Shown: positions 38,983 through 47,075 of the stretch, piece after piece | Position numbering within the stretch: position 1 is the first letter of the stretch | Layout: every line of letters starts with the position of its first letter | NCBI GenBank assembly: GCA_050950145.1 | Contig: JBMNHB010000001.1 | Coordinates: forward strand, 300,458-364,457 | Direction: 5' to 3' | Length of the DNA: 64,000 bases | Origin: Candidatus Dojkabacteria bacterium | GTDB lineage: Bacteria > Patescibacteriota > Dojkabacteria > SC72 | The notes under the pieces: generated by a model | The model's database searches: none | The model's input: only the letters and a program-made list of their open reading frames with translations | Told to the model about the DNA's origin: nothing | Program-made: the position numbers and the translations under genes

Positions 38983-40487
38983 TTTTTTAATTCTTTCTCT
39001 AAAGTAATCTTTACCTCTGCTGGATTAGCTGTACCATGTGTTAATTGCATAACCTTACCAACTAAAAAGCCAATACTAGCCTCCTTACCACCTCTGTAAT
39101 CATTAGCAGCCTGTGGATTCTCATCAATAACTTGCTTTGCAATATCTTCAAGACTCCCAACAGACTCCTTAGCACTCTTTAGTTTCTCAATCTCTTTGGA
39201 TATGTCAATATCTTTCTCTATACTCTCATTAAGTAATTCCTCTGCCTTGTTCTTTGTAAATATACCTTCCCTAAAAGCAATGATTAACAAAGCTAAGTCT
39301 TCTCCTTTAACACCTGTCTCTATAATATCCTTACCTTGCTTGTTTGCAATTGCATAGAGTGGACCCATAATCCAGTTTGAAGCCTCTGTAGCTGCATCTT
39401 TTTCATCCATATTCTCAGAGAGTTTCTTTTGAAGTTTCTCAAAATACTCAGCACTCTCTTTTGATGAAGAGATTACATCTGCAGCATACTCTGTAAGTTT
39501 CCAATCCTTCACATATCTCTTTATCTTCTCAGTTGGCAACTCAACTAACTCTTTCTTGATTCTTTCAATATCTTCCTTAGATACATCAATTATTGGAATA
39601 TCTGGATCTGGAGCATATCCATAGTCCTCAGCCTTTTCTTTACTTCTTTGGAACTCTGTAACACCCCTAGATGCATTCCAACCTCTTGTTTGCTGTATTA
39701 ACTCTTTTCCTTCCTCTAACTCTTCTATCATCCTCTTTACTTCATACTCTATAGCTTTTTCTACTGCTGTTATGGAACCAATATTCTTTACTTCAGTCTT
39801 AGGATTAAGTTTATAATCACCAATTGGTAATACCTTTCCATCTTTGTATTCCCATTTACCTTTTTCCTGAATTGAGATATTTGGTTCACATCTCATCTGT
39901 CCTTTCTCCATATCTGCATCGGAGACATTTAGATATCTAGCAATCTGTCTAATCTTTGTAGCATAGTCTTTAGCATCCTTTGCACTTCTAATATTTGGTT
40001 TTGTAACAATCTCAATCAATGGAACACTTGATTTATTAAAATCAAGAAGGGTATATTCCTTACCTGTAGAAGCTTCTACATGGTGTGTTGACTTACCAAC
40101 ATCTTCTTCTGGATGTATTCTTTCTATCTCTACCTTTGCACCACTTGGTACCTCTACATATCCGTTTGAGCATAATGGATTCTCTCCTTGTGTAATCTGA
40201 TATCCTTTAGGTAGGTCAGGGTAGGAGTAATGCTTTCTATCAAATTGTATCTCAGAAGCAATCTTACAATTTGTTCCTAAACCCATGAGGATACAGAGCT
40301 CTAGTGCTCTTTTATTTGGTTGGGGAGTACCTCCAAGTCCTAAACACATCGGACATACTTGCGTATTTGGTTCTTTCTGAAAGTACTGAGCTGGACATGA
40401 ACAAAACATCTTAGATTTTGTTTTAGTTTGTACATGTATCTCTAAACCAATTATCACATCGTATTTGTTTGTTGTATTTTTACTCAT
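38979..40487 (-). CDS. gatB: Asp-tRNA(Asn)/Glu-tRNA(Gln) amidotransferase subunit B
   Basis: IGLEIHVQ..TKSKMFC, YPDLPKGYQI, EED.GK, PLIEIVT, DMEKG.MRC, C-terminal YqeY-like GFLVGKVM (track start 40517). Confidence 0.95.
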   Translation of the reverse strand: MSKNTTNKYDVIIGLEIHVQTKTKSKMFCSCPAQYFQKEPNTQVCPMCLGLGGTPQPNKRALELCILMGLGTNCKIASEIQFDRKHYSYPDLPKGYQITQGENPLCSNGYVEVPSGAKVEIERIHPEEDVGKSTHHVEASTGKEYTLLDFNKSSVPLIEIVTKPNIRSAKDAKDYATKIRQIARYLNVSDADMEKGQMRCEPNISIQEKGKWEYKDGKVLPIGDYKLNPKTEVKNIGSITAVEKAIEYEVKRMIEELEEGKELIQQTRGWNASRGVTEFQRSKEKAEDYGYAPDPDIPIIDVSKEDIERIKKELVELPTEKIKRYVKDWKLTEYAADVISSSKESAEYFEKLQKKLSENMDEKDAATEASNWIMGPLYAIANKQGKDIIETGVKGEDLALLIIAFREGIFTKNKAEELLNESIEKDIDISKEIEKLKSAKESVGSLEDIAKQVIDENPQAANDYRGGKEASIGFLVGKVMQLTHGTANPAEVKITLEKELKK

Positions 40488-40509
40488 GGGGAATATATTA
40501 TCACTTTCT

Positions 40510-41592
40510 TTATTCAATATCCATAACTAACTCATCATCCTTCTCAAATTTTTCTTTGCATAATACATAGAATGTACCTCTACCTCTACCTTTTGATTTA
40601 ATATATCCTTTTTCAACCATATCTTGCAAATCTCTATATGATGTCATGAAAGATACACCCATCATCTTTGTCAATTCCTTCCTATTTATCTTCTGATTAA
40701 GTGTAAGGTAGTCTATAATCTGAATCTGCCTAGGATTCAATTCCCATTCAAGAGTACCTTGTTTTTTAACTTTTTTAAGGTATGTATCAGCATATTCTTT
40801 TGATACTTCAATAGCAGTAAGTGAAACTGTGTAGAGAAATGCTTCTATGAAAGGAGTTAGGTCCATCTTAGCTTTTGTCATCTTGTGTGCAGAGAGTAGA
40901 TCTTCAGCGACATATTCTAATGATTTGAAATACGGAATTATATTCTCCGGATTATACCCATATTTTTTAGATAGTATTTCTACAACAAGTATTGCAGTGA
41001 TTTGATTACCTACTGAAAATGGTGCTTTATCTAAAAATTCATAGAGTAGTATCCCAATTTTAATTAATTTATGATTACTATCTGTTCCATTCTGTATCCA
41101 ATCAAAAAGTTCATTAAAGTGAGAAGTCATATCCATATTTGGATAGAAATCTCTGGCTTTGTACCATGTATCATATATTTCATTTGGTTTTTCACTAAAT
41201 CCTCTAATTTTTCCAATATCCCAATCATCTACAATACCTCTCATTACTAATCTATTAATATGTACAGCTAATTCCATAGAGGGTTTGAGAGAGTTTGCAT
41301 TGTTGTAGGATTTTACAAAGTCTTTGGCACTTCTGAAGTTTGTAAATATTTTTAGTTTCTTTTTCTCAGAAGGCATTTCTTGTCCTCTTTGTATTGTTAG
41401 AGCTTTGTTGTAACCAATTGGATATGCTATTAAATCACCCATCTTCTGTATATCTTCTGCAGAAAATCGTTCTTTTAATGGTGTTTTATATTTCTCTGGT
41501 AGAGGATTATATTTAATCTCATTCATTGATAGCTCATACTTAATAATGTAGTTGAGCATAAGATTTGTAAGCGTATATTTAGGTGTTTTCAT
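40510..41592 (-). CDS. Fic-fold protein with degenerate motif and C-terminal winged HTH
   Basis: APFSVGNQITA at the HPFxDGNGRxxR position; C-terminal LNPRQ...GVSFMTSYRDL..MV.KG.I...G.GRGT.Y. Confidence 0.75.
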   Translation of the reverse strand: MKTPKYTLTNLMLNYIIKYELSMNEIKYNPLPEKYKTPLKERFSAEDIQKMGDLIAYPIGYNKALTIQRGQEMPSEKKKLKIFTNFRSAKDFVKSYNNANSLKPSMELAVHINRLVMRGIVDDWDIGKIRGFSEKPNEIYDTWYKARDFYPNMDMTSHFNELFDWIQNGTDSNHKLIKIGILLYEFLDKAPFSVGNQITAILVVEILSKKYGYNPENIIPYFKSLEYVAEDLLSAHKMTKAKMDLTPFIEAFLYTVSLTAIEVSKEYADTYLKKVKKQGTLEWELNPRQIQIIDYLTLNQKINRKELTKMMGVSFMTSYRDLQDMVEKGYIKSKGRGRGTFYVLCKEKFEKDDELVMDIE

Positions 41593-41608
41593 CTTTATTC
41601 TAAAAAAA

Positions 41609-41681
41609 AGCTGGTAGATGGTCTCGAACCATCGACCTGTCCCTTACGAAGGGAATGCTCTACCAACTGAGCTATACCAGC
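41609..41681 (-). tRNA. tRNA-Thr(CGT)
   Basis: GCTGGTATAGCTCAGTTGGTAGAGC, loop TTCGTAA, GGTTCGAGACC. Confidence 0.95.
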
Positions 41682-41747
41682 AATCGTAACAAAGATTGTA
41701 ACATAGGAGGGTGGTGTAGGCAAGAGAAATATGTTGTATAATGAAGT

Positions 41748-42275
41748 ATGGAAACAAAAAAGAAAATATATAATTTACAGAGAAAAGATAATCTTAGTTG
41801 GGATGTTTATTTCATGGCAATAGCTAAACTTTCTGCTATGAGAAGTAAAGATTCTAGTACTCAAGTTGGTGCATGTATAGTAGGTAGTGATAACAGAATA
41901 CTTTCAATTGGTTACAATGGTGCACCTAATGGTTGGGAAGATGATAATTTCCCTTGGGCAAGAGAAGGAGAACCTCTAGAGATTAAATATCCTTATGTTG
42001 TACATGCAGAGAGAAATGCAATATTAAACTATAGGGGTAGTAGAAAGGATATGGAAGGTGCAAAGATATATGTAGATCTTTTTCCATGTAATGAATGTGC
42101 AAAGGAGATTATTCAATCAGGGATAAAAGAAGTTATATATCTATCTGATAAATATGCGGAAACAGAAGCTATTATTGCATCAAAGAGATTGTTTAATGAA
42201 TGTGGTGTTAAGTATAGACAGTTAGATAAGAAGAGTCAGATAAAACTAGAGATTGATCTGTGTAATAAGGAATAA
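41748..42275 (+). CDS. dCMP deaminase (ComEB-like)
   Basis: SWD.YFM, RSKD..TQVGA, HAERNAI, FPCNEC. Confidence 0.92.
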   Translation: METKKKIYNLQRKDNLSWDVYFMAIAKLSAMRSKDSSTQVGACIVGSDNRILSIGYNGAPNGWEDDNFPWAREGEPLEIKYPYVVHAERNAILNYRGSRKDMEGAKIYVDLFPCNECAKEIIQSGIKEVIYLSDKYAETEAIIASKRLFNECGVKYRQLDKKSQIKLEIDLCNKE

Positions 42276-42278
42276 CGA

Positions 42279-42605
42279 TTATTTCCTCCTTATTTCAATA
42301 TCATAGTACTGTTCTTGAAAATGAGTTTTTTCTAGTATTTCTTCATCTGTAAAATCAACACCCTCTGGAGCAGCCACCCATTTTTCTTCAGTGTCGTTAT
42401 TTCTATGTATAATTGCAATTACTTTTCCAGTCCATTCCTTTAGTGGTTTATCTGGACCTAGTATATATACATCTTGTTCTTCTCCATCTCCACCAATTAC
42501 ACCCTCAACATATCCATAGTTAACAGAATATTTAATATTAGGATATTTTGGATGCACAGACCCCATTGGTCTATCAATTATCACCTTTACTGTTTCTCCT
42601 ACCAT
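42279..42605 (-). CDS. Short family I inorganic pyrophosphatase-like protein
   Basis: IDRP.GS.HP, Y.VNYGY, DGEEQD.Y. Confidence 0.8.
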   Translation of the reverse strand: MVGETVKVIIDRPMGSVHPKYPNIKYSVNYGYVEGVIGGDGEEQDVYILGPDKPLKEWTGKVIAIIHRNNDTEEKWVAAPEGVDFTDEEILEKTHFQEQYYDIEIRRK

Positions 42606-42628
42606 AAAGTTGTGTTAGTTATTTAAAA

Positions 42629-42702
42629 AGCGAGAGACGGGATTCGAACCCGCGACCTTCTCCTTGGGAAGGAGACATTCTAGCCAACTGAACTACTCTC
42701 GC
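42629..42702 (-). tRNA. tRNA-Gly(CCC)
   Basis: GCGAGAGTAGTTCAGTTGG, anticodon arm TCTCC-TTCCCAA-GGAGA, GGTTCGAATCC. Confidence 0.96.
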
Positions 42703-42718
42703 ATATAGGTATTCTACT

Positions 42719-42752
42719 AAAAAAAAGAGGGTATTCCTACCCCCTTTCTTTT
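42719..42752 (-). terminator. Intrinsic terminator-like hairpin downstream of the YtxH gene
   Basis: A-tract, GGGTA-TTCC-TACCC, T-tract. Confidence 0.5.
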
Positions 42753-42767
42753 ATAGATCTAAAGAAA

Positions 42768-43145
42768 CTATGCAGCTATCTGCTTTTTAACATCTTCCCA
42801 GTCTTCTCTTAACTGATTATCTAACTTCTTAGCAGCTTTTTCTGTAAGCTTACCATTTCCTTTAAAGGTTTCTACAATCTCTGCTACAATCTTTTTATAT
42901 TCCTCTGCATCTATCTTTTTCCCAGCCTTCTTTACATTAGCTATCTTCTTGTTTACTTCAGCTTTTGCTTGCTCAAAAAGTTCAAGACCTTTCTCTTTTG
43001 TATCCTTAGCAAACTTTTTAATATCCTCTCTTGTTTCTTTACCAGATTTTGGAGCTAAGAGGACTCCTGCTGCAGCGCCTGCTAATGCACCAATAGCTAC
43101 ACCTGCGGCTACTTTACCAGCAACATTCTTGTTTTTGTCTCCCAT
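42768..43145 (-). CDS. YtxH domain protein
   Basis: GA.AGAAAGVLLAPKSGKETR. Confidence 0.9.
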   Translation of the reverse strand: MGDKNKNVAGKVAAGVAIGALAGAAAGVLLAPKSGKETREDIKKFAKDTKEKGLELFEQAKAEVNKKIANVKKAGKKIDAEEYKKIVAEIVETFKGNGKLTEKAAKKLDNQLREDWEDVKKQIAA

Positions 43146-43166
43146 ATATATAAATAATAAATTTAA

Positions 43167-43460
43167 TTAAAACTTAACAAACTTAAATATTAGATATGCA
43201 ATAATAATTAGTATACAAGGTATTAGTATAGCAAGAAGTAGAGTACCAAAGGAATAGGAGGGTTCATTTTGAGTTTGTGATTCTAGGGTTTTTACTGTTT
43301 CTTTCTCTGTTTTCTCTTCAATTGCATCTTCTGTTTCTTCTTGTTGAGTTGCAGTAGGTATATTTTCTTCTTCATGTGCCCTTGTCTCTATTGTAGGTGA
43401 TGCTAAAAAGATAAAGAGAGATACTCCAGCTATTAAAAATACTTTGTATATCTTTTTCAT
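43167..43460 (-). CDS. Small membrane protein (signal peptide, acidic linker, C-terminal TM)
   Basis: 97-aa ORF with this hydropathy pattern. Confidence 0.7.
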   Translation of the reverse strand: MKKIYKVFLIAGVSLFIFLASPTIETRAHEEENIPTATQQEETEDAIEEKTEKETVKTLESQTQNEPSYSFGTLLLAILIPCILIIIAYLIFKFVKF

Positions 43461-43484
43461 AATTACATGTTAACATATATAACT

Positions 43485-44114
43485 ATGGTAAATCCAGATA
43501 CAAAATTAGAGGAGAAGTTATGGAGAAGAGGATTGAAGTATGTTGTGGGTGTAGATGAGGCTGGTAGAGGGCCTCTTGCTGGTCCTGTTGTAGTTGCAGG
43601 GGTAGTCATTGAATCATCTAGTCAGGTTGTAGAAGGTGTAAGGGATAGTAAGAAGATGAGTAAGAAACAGAGAGAGGAGAAGTATGATGAGATTCTTAAG
43701 ATATCTACTGCATGTGGTGTTGGTATTGTAAGTTGCAAAGAGATAGATAAAGTAGGAATTAAAGAAGCTGTAAGGATAGCCATGGAGAAAGCAGTTTTAG
43801 AGGTTGAGAAGAAACTTAAGTGTAAAGTAGATTACATTATTTCTGATGGAGCTGTATACCTCCTAGAGGACAGAGAGATGCTTAGTATTAGTCATGGAGA
43901 TTTGCACCATTATAGTATCTCTGCTGCGTCTGTACTTGCTAAGGTGGTAAGGGATAGGATTATGGAGAAGTATGCTAAGAAGTATCCTGAATATGGTTTT
44001 GAAAGACATGTTGGTTATGGTACTAAACAACATTTAGAGGCTATTTCTAAGTATGGTATTTGTCCTATTCATAGGAAAAGTTATGCCCCTATTAAAAAAG
44101 CTTGTAAAATGTAG
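43485..44114 (+). CDS. rnhB: Ribonuclease HII
   Basis: GVDEAGRGPLAGPV, DSKK, ISAASVLAKV.RD, H.GYGT..H, HRKSY (track start 43467). Confidence 0.97.
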   Translation: MVNPDTKLEEKLWRRGLKYVVGVDEAGRGPLAGPVVVAGVVIESSSQVVEGVRDSKKMSKKQREEKYDEILKISTACGVGIVSCKEIDKVGIKEAVRIAMEKAVLEVEKKLKCKVDYIISDGAVYLLEDREMLSISHGDLHHYSISAASVLAKVVRDRIMEKYAKKYPEYGFERHVGYGTKQHLEAISKYGICPIHRKSYAPIKKACKM

Positions 44115-44145
44115 TAGTTGAATAGTATAATGACGAGTCATTTAT

Positions 44146-44219
44146 GGGGTGCTAGCTCATCAGGTTAGAGCAACTGCCTTTTAAGCAGTTGGTGCTGGGT
44201 TCGAGTCCCAGGCACCTCA
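44146..44219 (+). tRNA. tRNA-Lys(TTT)
   Basis: GGGGTGCTAGCTCA, anticodon arm ACTGC-CTTTTAA-GCAGT, GGTTCGAGTCC. Confidence 0.95.
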
Positions 44220-44304
44220 CTTTTCAATAACTACTATATCCATTGTATAAATAATTTAGTTATGCTAATTTATTAATATAAATATAATTTTATTTATTCA
44301 AACT

Positions 44305-45138
44305 ATGGATGATAAATTAAAAACACAACCAGAAGAAGTAAAGGCAGGGGTAAAAGTAGAAACACCCAAGAAACCTAATACTCTTCTTGCCGTTCTTGTT
44401 ACAATTTTGGTTATGACACTTTTAGCAGTAGTTGTAGGACTTTTCTTTTTTAAGGTTAATTTCAAAGGTACAAAAGAAGTAACAGATACTGGTACAGGAG
44501 TAGAAGTCTTGGAGGAAGGAGAATCTCCAGAAGAAGGAGAATCAGGATGTGCTGTTGAAACATGTGATGCATCAGCAAAAGTTGGATGTGAGGTTAAGAA
44601 TTCTGGTTGGGCACAGTTTTGTTTCCCAGACATTAAGTTTAGTGCAGAAATACCTTCTGATTTAATAAAATTTGACTTTAGTGGAACAGAATTAGAATCA
44701 AGATGGACTGCAGCACAGTACTCAAGGCCTGAGCATAAATTTACCGGCTTTGGGCAATATGTTAAAACTGTTAGTATTCAATTCTCTCCATTTAGTACCA
44801 ATGGTGTAGTATGTGGAGGCCCAGGATGTGCTGGTATGAGTAGTATAAGTATAGATGTCTTTAAGAATACCTCAAATAAAACACTTGATGAGCTTTGGAC
44901 TGCTTTCAAAAATTCACCAACAGATCCAGATGCGATGGATGAGATAAATGGGAGTAAGACAACTAAGTGGGGGACATCAGTATACAAATATGCACAAGGA
45001 AGTGTCTATGGAGATATTCCTGGATATTTACTTGTAAAGAACGGGTTTGTGTATGATGTATCATATACTCTCTCTCCATCACCAACAGCAGCATATACAT
45101 CCGCAGAGAAGATAATTGAATCTATGCAGTTTAACTAA
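44305..45138 (+). CDS. Membrane-anchored extracellular protein (possible PsbP-like fold)
   Basis: One TM, Cys pairs, C-terminal KIIESMQF. Confidence 0.65.
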   Translation: MDDKLKTQPEEVKAGVKVETPKKPNTLLAVLVTILVMTLLAVVVGLFFFKVNFKGTKEVTDTGTGVEVLEEGESPEEGESGCAVETCDASAKVGCEVKNSGWAQFCFPDIKFSAEIPSDLIKFDFSGTELESRWTAAQYSRPEHKFTGFGQYVKTVSIQFSPFSTNGVVCGGPGCAGMSSISIDVFKNTSNKTLDELWTAFKNSPTDPDAMDEINGSKTTKWGTSVYKYAQGSVYGDIPGYLLVKNGFVYDVSYTLSPSPTAAYTSAEKIIESMQFN

Positions 45139-45167
45139 CAAGGGATATAATAAAATATTAATATTAG

Positions 45168-46094
45168 TTGGGTAATATTATGTCAGATAGAAAGTTATAT
45201 ATTGTAATATTTCTTCTTCTCTTGGCTATTCTAGGTTTAACTGGTTACTATCTTCATGGTAAAGGTGTATTTGATATTTCTAAAGATAAAAAAGTTGTTG
45301 AGAATGAAGATGGGCAAGGCGATGGGGATGATGGATTATTTAAAACAAAAAAGGGTGTAGCTTTTACTCTTACATCACCACTTCCCAATTCAACAGTTGA
45401 TTGTAAATTCCAAATAGTTGGGGATATGCCAAGTAAATGGTTTTTTGAAGGAACATTCCCTTATGAAATTATGGTAGGAGGGAAATTAGTTCACGAAGGC
45501 AGTGTTCAGACAGAAGATGATTGGACTAAGAAATCAATCCTTCACTTTGTTGCAGATGTAGATTGTGGAGAAAAATGTATAGGTGATGGAGAGATCATAT
45601 TGAAAAATGAAAATCCAAGTGGTCTTAAGAAAAATGAAGATAGCTATACTATCCCTATTAAATTTCCCAGTACATGTGCAGTAAAAGAACCAGTTGAACT
45701 TGAGACAATGCAGGTAAAGGTGTTCTTTGCTAATACGGATGAAGATCCCGATTCATCTAGATGTGAAGTAACTTTTCCAGTAACAAGAACAATAACCAAA
45801 ACTCAAGCAGTTGGAAGAGCATCTCTTAACGAACTTTTGAAAGGTGTTACATCTGTAGAAAAAGCTAAGAAGTATCATACTGCTATACCTGAAGGTGTGG
45901 TATTAAAGAGTCTTACTATCAAAGAAGGTGTTGCATACGCAGACTTTAATTCAAAATTAACAGAAGGAGTAGGTGGTACGTGTTTAGTAGATAGAATTAG
46001 ATCTCAGATAAGGAATACTTTACAACAGTTTCCAACTGTTAAGAATGTAGTAATAGCTGTAGATGGGAAAACAGAAGGAGTTCTAGAACCTTAA
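45168..46094 (+). CDS. Gmad2 Ig-like + GerMN domain protein
   Basis: WFFEG.FP, NENPSG; V.R.I.KT..VGRA.L.ELLKG, ADFN, GG.C....IRSQI..TL.QFPTV. Confidence 0.85.
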   Translation: MGNIMSDRKLYIVIFLLLLAILGLTGYYLHGKGVFDISKDKKVVENEDGQGDGDDGLFKTKKGVAFTLTSPLPNSTVDCKFQIVGDMPSKWFFEGTFPYEIMVGGKLVHEGSVQTEDDWTKKSILHFVADVDCGEKCIGDGEIILKNENPSGLKKNEDSYTIPIKFPSTCAVKEPVELETMQVKVFFANTDEDPDSSRCEVTFPVTRTITKTQAVGRASLNELLKGVTSVEKAKKYHTAIPEGVVLKSLTIKEGVAYADFNSKLTEGVGGTCLVDRIRSQIRNTLQQFPTVKNVVIAVDGKTEGVLEP

Positions 46095-46651
46095 GCCCAG
46101 TAAGTGAGTACACAGATAATTGCTGTTACTAAGGTCCCTGCTATAACTTGTGCTAAGTTATGTTTCTCTAATTTAATTCTCGACCAAGCTATAAAAGGGG
46201 AGAAGAGGAAAAGAAATAAAAAGTATGGAGAAAGTAAGTAGGTTAAGGTAAAGAACAGTAAGGTAGAATATGTCATATGACCACTAATTTTCCAAAAAAA
46301 TGTAATCAATGTAATTATTGAAGCTACTAAAAAGATAGCTAAAGAAACATCTGTTAATGGTTCAATACCATATCTTCTTAAAAGTAGGAATAATACACCA
46401 AATAGAAGAGATATGGATATAAAATATGGAGGTCTCTCTTCTCTTTTTGTAAATTCATAATCAGAAGCCTTTCCAAGTTTTTTAAGAATCAAGTAGGGTA
46501 AAACTGTTGTCAAAAGATATGCTAAGCAATATACAACCTTCAATTCTATCTTGAGAGGGGATATCACTATAGCCAATAATGGTGTTAACATCATGGTAAG
46601 AAAACCATTTGAAATTTCTGAAATTATTCTTGCTATCTTTTTCTTGCTCAT
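46091..46651 (-). CDS. PAP2-superfamily membrane protein
   Basis: WKISGH, WSRIKLEKH...QVIAG, multiple TMs. Confidence 0.75.
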   Translation of the reverse strand: MSKKKIARIISEISNGFLTMMLTPLLAIVISPLKIELKVVYCLAYLLTTVLPYLILKKLGKASDYEFTKREERPPYFISISLLFGVLFLLLRRYGIEPLTDVSLAIFLVASIITLITFFWKISGHMTYSTLLFFTLTYLLSPYFLFLFLFSPFIAWSRIKLEKHNLAQVIAGTLVTAIICVLTYWA

Positions 46652-46676
46652 TATTCAGTATAACACGAATAATATA

Positions 46677-47075
46677 TTACTTTCCAAACAACTGTTTTTT
46701 TACTTCCTCCCTATCTTTTTCTGTTAATATTTCAATACTACTTATCTGTTTTTCTTTAGAACTTTCAAAAATCTTCATAATTTCATTCGGATTATCATCA
46801 CCTGCTATCCTATTTGTACTTACAGCTCCACATTTTTCACATCTGTGGACAATCATAATTTCTCCAACTTTTTCGTTCCCATATTTATCAACTTTTCTCT
46901 TTTTAAATGTAAGTCCAATAGGAATCATCTTCCCTTGACACTTTGATTTCCTATCTCCAGGAATATTCTCATCTAAATGTTGTGAAAGAAGACAAAAAGG
47001 GCAGTGATTTCTGTTCTTTGTTCCGATATATCCATTCTCTTTAACTTCTTTTTTACAATTGAAACACTTAAACAT
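46677..47075 (-). CDS. RNHCP domain protein (Zn-binding)
   Basis: FKC..C, RNHCPFCL.S.H.D..PGDR...C.G.M, HRC..CG, DD. Confidence 0.92.
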   Translation of the reverse strand: MFKCFNCKKEVKENGYIGTKNRNHCPFCLLSQHLDENIPGDRKSKCQGKMIPIGLTFKKRKVDKYGNEKVGEIMIVHRCEKCGAVSTNRIAGDDNPNEIMKIFESSKEKQISSIEILTEKDREEVKKQLFGK

